DNA from: a virus
Reading direction: 5' to 3' (one strand)
DNA length: 64,000 nt
Virus record (IMG/VR): IMGVR_UViG_3300012922_000001
Location: 1 to 64,000 of that record
Of this stretch, positions 58,470 through 64,000 are shown one piece after another. Position 1 is the stretch's first letter. The number at the start of each line of letters is the position of its first letter. The notes under the pieces were generated by a model that worked only from the letters and a program-made list of their open reading frames with translations, had not been told where the DNA came from and did not search any database. A program made the translations under genes and the position numbers.

Positions 58470-59294
58470 ATGCCATTCACTACTGGGAATGTATTGGGAA
58501 AACACAATAACCATAACAAGGGTCACGAATGCTATAACCGTGAGCAGTTGAAGAATTCTAAGTGGATGCAAAAAGATGGAATCACGAGACGGATACCATC
58601 GGAGGAAGTTGAGCAGTCTCTTATTGCTGGCTGGATTATGGGACGCCCAGCGCCATCGGCATTAACACGCGAAAAGCAATCAGAATCTGGCAAGCGAGCC
58701 GCCAATCCTGGGCATTGGAAAGTGGGCCAAGTCGGATGGAATTTGGGTATGAAAATGTCAGATTCCGTTCGTCTAAGCATCTCTGCACGCCAGCTTTCAA
58801 AACATGGCGTAACCCGCGAACAGATTGAAGAAGCTTGGGCTAATGATAAGCGGTGGTGTTCGGAGCATCTCATATTTGAGCCGACCGAGAATTTCGCGGT
58901 TCTGCAAGGCGATAAGCAGTCAACTCGCTGTAAGATGAGCCACAAGAAGCACAGTCCATGGTTCAGAGAAAAACTGGAAAGTCAGCATGGCGTATGCGCT
59001 TTATGTGACGGGCAGTCTGTTAACGACAGGGCTCTTTGTGTAGACCACAGCCACGATTGTCCTAATCCAAAACATACCCGCAAGAATGCTCCGCTTTTGG
59101 GATGTGAATGCAGCCGGGGACTACTCTGCCATCACTGCAATATCAGGATTGAGGAAGTCGAGACGTTCATGTCTCAGGGATCAGGGTTTACAGCCAATCC
59201 TGGCACTTGGCTGGAGAAGGCTCTGCTCTACCTCGCCAGCTACCCCTTGACATCCGTGCTAGATTCTAAACAGGAGTCTCAAGATGCCCGATGA
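58470..59294 (+). CDS. endonuclease VII-type homing endonuclease with NUMOD-like N-terminal repeats
   Basis: 274 aa from the ATG at 58470 (SD GGAGG at 58460-58464). It contains CALCDG ... LCVDHSHDC ... GLLCHHCNIRI. Confidence 0.75.
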   Translation: MPFTTGNVLGKHNNHNKGHECYNREQLKNSKWMQKDGITRRIPSEEVEQSLIAGWIMGRPAPSALTREKQSESGKRAANPGHWKVGQVGWNLGMKMSDSVRLSISARQLSKHGVTREQIEEAWANDKRWCSEHLIFEPTENFAVLQGDKQSTRCKMSHKKHSPWFREKLESQHGVCALCDGQSVNDRALCVDHSHDCPNPKHTRKNAPLLGCECSRGLLCHHCNIRIEEVETFMSQGSGFTANPGTWLEKALLYLASYPLTSVLDSKQESQDAR

Positions 59295-59736
59295 GGTAGA
59301 AGTAACGGACCTGCGTCCGTCGAAAGAAGTCAAGGATTTTCACCCCTTCAAGCCCATATTAGATCGCCTTCTTCTGCGCCGATTGGCGGCAAAAGAGGAT
59401 GCCAGTGGATTCGAGATCCCCTCAAAATTCAGAGAGCCGGAAGCGCGCGGTGAGGTTATGACTGTCGGCGACGGGGTGACTCTGGGCGGGGCCTGGCACG
59501 CGATGACGGAGTTCGTGAACGTCGGCGACCACGTGCTGTTTGGCGAGCACACGGTGGAAAAGATCATCATCGACGGGGAAGAGTTCGATATCGCTCGACT
59601 CCAAGACATCCGCGGCGTGCGGCGGCTGAAGCGACCCTGTAATCATCAGTGGGTGGAGACGCAGAAAGTCGGTAGCATAGTATTCAGAGTCTGCCTGAAT
59701 TGCAACGAACGAGGGGTGGACGAATCAAATGTCTAA
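59284..59736 (+). CDS. groS: GroES (Cpn10) co-chaperonin with C-terminal zinc-ribbon-like extension
   Basis: 150 aa. FKPILDRLLLRR ... ASGFEIP ... ARGEVMTVGDG ... VGDHVLFG ... IDGEEFDIARLQDIRGV aligns with the GroES pattern. An extra tail carries C-x16-C-x2-C (CNHQWVETQKVGSIVFRVCLNC). Confidence 0.8.
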   Translation: MPDEVEVTDLRPSKEVKDFHPFKPILDRLLLRRLAAKEDASGFEIPSKFREPEARGEVMTVGDGVTLGGAWHAMTEFVNVGDHVLFGEHTVEKIIIDGEEFDIARLQDIRGVRRLKRPCNHQWVETQKVGSIVFRVCLNCNERGVDESNV

Positions 59737-61339
59737 GTCCATCGTCTCCGGCGCCGAAGCGCGCCTCAAGCTACTCGCTGGTATCAACCTGATCGCGGAC
59801 GCCGTGAAAGTCACCCTCGGGCCCTCCGGCCGCAACTGCGTCTACGAACGTGCCCAGACGAACCTGCCGGTGTCGACGCGCGACGGCGTGACAGTAGCGG
59901 AGCAGATTGAAGCACAAGATCCACACGAAAACATGGGTGTAAATCTCATCAAAGGAGTGGCGCGTGAAGCGGTGGATGCAAGCGGTGACGGAACGACTAC
60001 GGCGACTCTTATGGCGCAAGCAATCTTCGCAGAAGGCGTCAAGCAAATCACGGCTGGAGCAAATCCAGTATCTCTCAAGCGGGGCATCGAGAAGGCGACG
60101 GCCTATTGCCTGGTTCGACTGAAAGAGCAGGCGATACCGGTATCCGGGGAGATGATCCGGCAGGTGGCGACGATCTCGGCGAACAACGATGAGTTTCTGG
60201 GTGGGTTGATTGCCAAGGCGATGGAGAAGGCTGGCGACGACGGCGTGGTGACGGTGGAGATCAGCCGGAAGCCGGATTCCTACCTCGAGATCGTTGACGG
60301 GCTCCAGTTTGCCGGAGGGTTCCTGTCGCCATACTTCGTGAATGAGCCGGAGCGCAACGAGTGCGTGCTCGAGGATGTGGCAATCTTCTTGTATGAGTCG
60401 AAACTGGCCAGTATTCGCGATATGCTGCCCCACATTCAAGAGATTGCGAAGCAGGGAAAGTCGCTGCTCGTGCTGGCGGAGGACGTCACAGACGAGGCAC
60501 TGGCGGTGCTGGCGGTCAATTGTCAGAAGGGTCTGCTCAAGGCGTGCGCGGTGAAGCATCCGGGAAGTCTAGACCACCTGCAGGATATTGCCGCCATGAC
60601 CGGCGCCGTGGTCGCGACGGAGCTTTCTGGGATGAAGCCGAAGGATATCACATTGCAGCACCTCGGGCACGCTAAGAAGGTGATTGTGAAATCGCAGTCG
60701 ACGACGATTATTGCCGACCCGGGGAAAAATGAGGCCCTGGCGCGGCGGCTGAAGGAATTGCGGACTCAGGTATCGTCTGCGACCGACGAAACGCAGCGGT
60801 TGCGGCTACAGGGACGTCTGGCGCGGCTCTCTGGCGGCGTGGCTGTGATCAAGATCGGTGCGGCGACCGAACTCGAGATGAACGAAAAGAAGGACCGGCT
60901 GGACGACGCCATCCATGCCACACGATGCGCGAAGGCGGAAGGCGTTGTCGTAGGCGGTGGAATCGCGTTGCTACAATGTCACATGATCCCAACGCCTGAC
61001 TGGAAGGATGATGACGAGCGAGCTGGTGCACAAATCGTTTCCAAGGCCTGTTATGCGCCATTGCGGACCCTTGCAGAGAATGGCGGGGAATCAGCAGATT
61101 ATATCGTCAAGCAGGTACTCTCCGGCAACCCTCATCGTGCAACTTCGATAGACATGATGCATAAAGACAACAGTCGCCATTGGGGCTGGAACGCTCGCAC
61201 CCGCACCTTCGAAGATTTGGTCGCCGCGGGCGTGCTTGATCCCTTGCGCGTTGTCCGCGTAGCCCTGGAGAGCGCGGCCAGCGTGGCGGGACTTGCTTTA
61301 ATCACGGCGACATTGGTCGCCAATGAAAGGATGAAATGA
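59729..61339 (+). CDS. groL: GroEL (Cpn60) chaperonin
   Basis: 536 aa and collinear with bacterial GroEL. Matching blocks include ADAVKVTLGPSGRN, ASGDGTTTATLMAQAI, GGFLSPYF, LSGGVAVIKIGAATELEMNEKKDRLDDAIHATR, and VLDPLRV. It lacks the C-terminal GGM repeats. Confidence 0.95.
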   Translation: MSKSIVSGAEARLKLLAGINLIADAVKVTLGPSGRNCVYERAQTNLPVSTRDGVTVAEQIEAQDPHENMGVNLIKGVAREAVDASGDGTTTATLMAQAIFAEGVKQITAGANPVSLKRGIEKATAYCLVRLKEQAIPVSGEMIRQVATISANNDEFLGGLIAKAMEKAGDDGVVTVEISRKPDSYLEIVDGLQFAGGFLSPYFVNEPERNECVLEDVAIFLYESKLASIRDMLPHIQEIAKQGKSLLVLAEDVTDEALAVLAVNCQKGLLKACAVKHPGSLDHLQDIAAMTGAVVATELSGMKPKDITLQHLGHAKKVIVKSQSTTIIADPGKNEALARRLKELRTQVSSATDETQRLRLQGRLARLSGGVAVIKIGAATELEMNEKKDRLDDAIHATRCAKAEGVVVGGGIALLQCHMIPTPDWKDDDERAGAQIVSKACYAPLRTLAENGGESADYIVKQVLSGNPHRATSIDMMHKDNSRHWGWNARTRTFEDLVAAGVLDPLRVVRVALESAASVAGLALITATLVANERMK

Positions 61340-61689
61340 TTCAGCCGATCGATGTCTACAATGCATTGAGGACGCAGCCACTACTCGACTATGTTGAAAC
61401 TGCTGTTGATTTCAGTGAAGATTTGAAAAGTATCGTGGTCGATGGTACCGTCGATTGCTGGGAAATCGCCAGATTCCTTAACGAGAAGGCAGCCATGAAC
61501 TCCTTGGCGTTCGGTCACCTTCCTCCCATCGGTTGCAATTTCATCCCAGTAATGCCGGGTCATCCAAAAGCTACTGGAACCTGCGTATGCGACCTTGGAT
61601 GCGGTCACAATGCGACCGAATATCAGTTTTACCGGAACGCCAAAAATATCAAACGCCCCAGTCTGGGAGAAGGACTTCCGATTCTGTGA
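61336..61689 (+). CDS. hypothetical protein
   Basis: Track ORF of 117 aa, with an ATGA overlap with groL. Confidence 0.45.
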   Translation: MIQPIDVYNALRTQPLLDYVETAVDFSEDLKSIVVDGTVDCWEIARFLNEKAAMNSLAFGHLPPIGCNFIPVMPGHPKATGTCVCDLGCGHNATEYQFYRNAKNIKRPSLGEGLPIL

Positions 61690-62399
61690 CATGGCGCATC
61701 GTAGGGCCAGAGCGCAATATGCCTCCGGAAGCCTTTCAAGAAAGGCTTACTGATCTCGGGGGGATAAATAAATTTGACGAACCAATTTTCAGACTGTGGT
61801 GGGGGCCTTACGCCTATGGCGATGGATCGTTTACCGCAGGGGGAGCATGGAGCGTCGATGAGGCTGCATACACCGGATATCGTAAAGTTCTAAGGGCGAG
61901 TGGTTCACCATGCTTTTGTCTTGGCATGTGGCATGACGCTCTTGAATATGGAACTCCAGAGCGATATTACGTGGAAAATTACGATGATTCCACTGGACTG
62001 TCCGTCTTGGGAGAGTATCCCTATTCGGGTAGGGTCGAACTCATGTACGAATTGCGCTGGCATGAAAAAATCGGCGACCGCATGGAGTTCCACACGATGC
62101 CGCTGACGTCCTGGGTCTTCGACATGGTGGTGCCAATCATCATGAAGGCCAAGGAAGTCTCCGCCGAGAAGCGTATCGCGGCGTTCTTGGATGCACGCAA
62201 GAAGGATGAGGACGAAAAGACGGTACAAATCGAACGCCATTTGCGTGCGAATGCGCTGCCATTCACGGATACCGTCTCCTACACCCGGCAGGGTATCCGG
62301 TCGACCGTGATTGACGCCAAAATGCGTACCATGAATGCCTACTGGAACGAGATGTCGAACGCTGCGCGCTCGCTGCGGCCGGGACTCCAAACCCGGTAG
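61686..62399 (+). CDS. hypothetical virion-module protein
   Basis: 237 aa from the GTG at 61686 (GTGA overlap). The longer track ORF overlaps the upstream gene out of frame. Confidence 0.45.
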   Translation: MTWRIVGPERNMPPEAFQERLTDLGGINKFDEPIFRLWWGPYAYGDGSFTAGGAWSVDEAAYTGYRKVLRASGSPCFCLGMWHDALEYGTPERYYVENYDDSTGLSVLGEYPYSGRVELMYELRWHEKIGDRMEFHTMPLTSWVFDMVVPIIMKAKEVSAEKRIAAFLDARKKDEDEKTVQIERHLRANALPFTDTVSYTRQGIRSTVIDAKMRTMNAYWNEMSNAARSLRPGLQTR

Positions 62400-62449
62400 A
62401 TTTCCTAGCATCTGGGACAAGGATAGAAACTCACCATAGGAGTCTCATC

Positions 62450-63328
62450 ATGTCCTTGATGGAAGTGAAGGAAGTTCACCCAGTGTCAACCTCGGCTCTG
62501 GGCGGGAATGTCCGCTATACCGGAGTCGCGTGGCAGCCAACCTACATCCCTGAGTATCACGTTTATATCTTCAACGTCTCCCAGCGCAGCTTTGCGAAAG
62601 TCGGGCCTTGGGCGAACACGTCCATTCCCGGAGTGGTCGACGACGATCCGGTCCTTCCTGGGATGAAGGCGAACGAAAAGTACCACTTCGTCGCGTCTTA
62701 TCCACAGCCCATGCTGATGCCGAAACTCAGCGATCAGTCTTCTGAGATGGATGCTGTCCGCGTCGACGCCCGGCGTTATGTTATGGACATCATCAATCCT
62801 GACAACGCCACGTTGAACATGGATACGGTAGTCCCCGCCGAGCATCGGCTGTCGATTAACAACGATCTGTCCATCAAAGGCGTCTTCTACTCGCTGAACA
62901 ATCCGCCGACGCAGCACGAAGTGCGCTCCGCGATCGACCGCATGGAGAAGTACTACCGCGCACTACTTGAGAAGGCCCGCACGCTTGAGTTGACGGATAA
63001 GGCAAAGCTCTCAGAGGAACTTGCATCGAATCCTGACTTCGCCTATGCCGCCGAGTACTTCGGCGTCGAGATGTCGTGGAACAAACGGCAATCGCGGCCG
63101 GAGCAGTGCGCAAACTGCGGTGAGTCCAAGCCGTTCGGCGCCAAGTTTCACGTCAACAAAGAACTCGGGTTCGTCTGTGTCGAGCCGACCGCAGAAGGTT
63201 GGAAAGCGGCGTGTATGGCTGGCGTCAAGCGCAGGGAGGATGTTCCCCCGGGCCTTGGTCTGGAATGGTGGAAGAAGGACAAGGGTATGCCGAAGCCTGA
63301 AGAACCAGACGGCGAGTCGACACAATAA
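62450..63328 (+). CDS. hypothetical virion-module protein
   Basis: 292 aa with SD context ATAGGAGTCTC upstream. A C-terminal CANC ... C motif is present. Confidence 0.5.
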   Translation: MSLMEVKEVHPVSTSALGGNVRYTGVAWQPTYIPEYHVYIFNVSQRSFAKVGPWANTSIPGVVDDDPVLPGMKANEKYHFVASYPQPMLMPKLSDQSSEMDAVRVDARRYVMDIINPDNATLNMDTVVPAEHRLSINNDLSIKGVFYSLNNPPTQHEVRSAIDRMEKYYRALLEKARTLELTDKAKLSEELASNPDFAYAAEYFGVEMSWNKRQSRPEQCANCGESKPFGAKFHVNKELGFVCVEPTAEGWKAACMAGVKRREDVPPGLGLEWWKKDKGMPKPEEPDGESTQ

Positions 63329-63423
63329 ATCTTCCGGCCTGCCGAATTCTGCCCAGTACGCGGGCTTGAGACTCCCTCCGGATCGGCGGGACGACGCGGG
63401 CCGGATGCCTTTTTGAGGACTGA

Positions 63424-64000
63424 ATGGCTGTTTACCTAACCGATCCATCGGGAAACTTCTGGAGTCTGTCGGTCACGTCGACCGGGCAGCTCACGTGGAC
63501 GGAAGGTATTCAGCCTGGCCCTCCGGTTGCCGGCGGTTACCCTTCGATGGGAACCGTCATGGATCTTGTCCGGGTCTACCTCAACGATTGGCTCGCTGGC
63601 GCCACAGGCACGCCCGGTGAAGGCCAGATCACCACAAATACCTCTCCCCAGACCCTCCCCACGTTCAACGCGGCACTGCGCGAACTCTATCGCCAACTGC
63701 GCAACGTAGGAGCCCCGTCACTGATCCGCGACAATGTGCTTATCAACCTGCCGGCGAATGCCCTAGATGGACCTACGGTACAGACGACACTCTCGGCGCA
63801 AGGTTACTTCGATGGCTCGGTGCAGCACGCAACGCCCACGCTGCCCACGGACATGATTGCTCCTCTGGAACTTTGGGAGCAGCAAACCGGTTCGGGGCTG
63901 CCATTTGTTTTGATGTCTCAGCCCCAGGCGGGACTGGCATCAGTCCAGAGCCAGGGAACCTTGCTGCACTACTGGGAGTGGCGCGGCGGGGCGCCATTTA
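63424..64000 (+). CDS. structural protein, N-terminal fragment (runs off the window)
   Basis: Not in the track because there is no stop. The ATG at 63424 is followed by 192 open codons (MAVYLTDPSGNFWSLSVTSTGQLTWTEG ... LLHYWEWRGGA). Confidence 0.5.
   Translation, partial: MAVYLTDPSGNFWSLSVTSTGQLTWTEGIQPGPPVAGGYPSMGTVMDLVRVYLNDWLAGATGTPGEGQITTNTSPQTLPTFNAALRELYRQLRNVGAPSLIRDNVLINLPANALDGPTVQTTLSAQGYFDGSVQHATPTLPTDMIAPLELWEQQTGSGLPFVLMSQPQAGLASVQSQGTLLHYWEWRGGAPF

Noticed and set aside
59771-60559. 262-aa minus-strand ORF inside groEL
   Set aside because: It is antisense to an unambiguous GroEL CDS.
1-64000. Possibility that the window is a closed circle, with the open ORF at the right edge continuing into the open ORF at the left edge
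   Set aside because: The reading frames do not join across 64000->1, because the right-edge ORF ends on the first base of a codon while the left ORF is in frame 1. Circularity or permutation cannot be inferred from this slice.
1-64000. tRNA genes, CRISPR arrays, a diversity-generating retroelement targeting the fibre genes, and a lysogeny integrase
   Set aside because: I found no T-loop-like GGTTCGAATCC-type sequences or cloverleaf candidates, no regularly spaced direct repeats, no reverse-transcriptase-like ORF, and no tyrosine or large-serine integrase. The only recombinase is a small resolvase/invertase-type enzyme, which I do not call an integrase.

Overview
The whole 64-kb window reads as a tailed-phage (Caudoviricetes) genome or a large part of one. 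I see no host housekeeping genes, rRNA, tRNA or CRISPR array.

Layout:
- (i) 1-16.6 kb (+): distal end of the late array. It holds unassigned virion proteins, a GNAT-like gene and three consecutive low-complexity proteins of increasing size (a podovirus-like internal-core pattern). These are followed by a Thr/Gly-rich fibre, two ~1000-aa beta-helix tailspike-like proteins and a collagen-repeat protein. The block ends with a lysis cassette (two small membrane proteins plus an M15 peptidase endolysin) and an HNH gene.
- (ii) 16.6-28.1 kb (-): a leftward operon of about 35 mostly small, overlap-coupled genes. It includes an RHH regulator, a J-domain protein, a wHTH protein, a recombination module (PD-(D/E)XK nuclease plus annealing-protein candidate) and several exported or lipoprotein genes.
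- (iii) 28.5-32.3 kb (+): replication module. The initiator carries iterons inside its own gene, followed by DnaB helicase and RusA.
- (iv) 32.3-36.6 kb: accessory patch with a serine-recombinase operon, an HNH gene and a decayed DUF932-like gene.
- (v) 36.6-64 kb (+): late array. It opens with a strongly G-rich/C-poor island, then a sigma-region-4-like protein, a NusG-like protein and a DNA methyltransferase. Next comes a ~7.4-kb glycosyltransferase/methyltransferase island, then TerS/TerL, a His-rich protein, portal, scaffold candidate, another methyltransferase and capsid. It continues with a GroES-GroEL pair and further structural genes running off the window.

At least five freestanding homing endonucleases (HNH, Endo VII-type, GIY-YIG) sit in low-GC pockets.

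The most unusual features:
- the large sugar/methyl-transfer island;
- Sec-type signal peptides on all four fibre-position proteins;
- a phage-borne chaperone set (GroES+GroEL+J-domain).

All functional calls come from motif and architecture recognition by eye on the supplied translations. No database search was run, so family names are hypotheses to confirm with HMM or structure searches.
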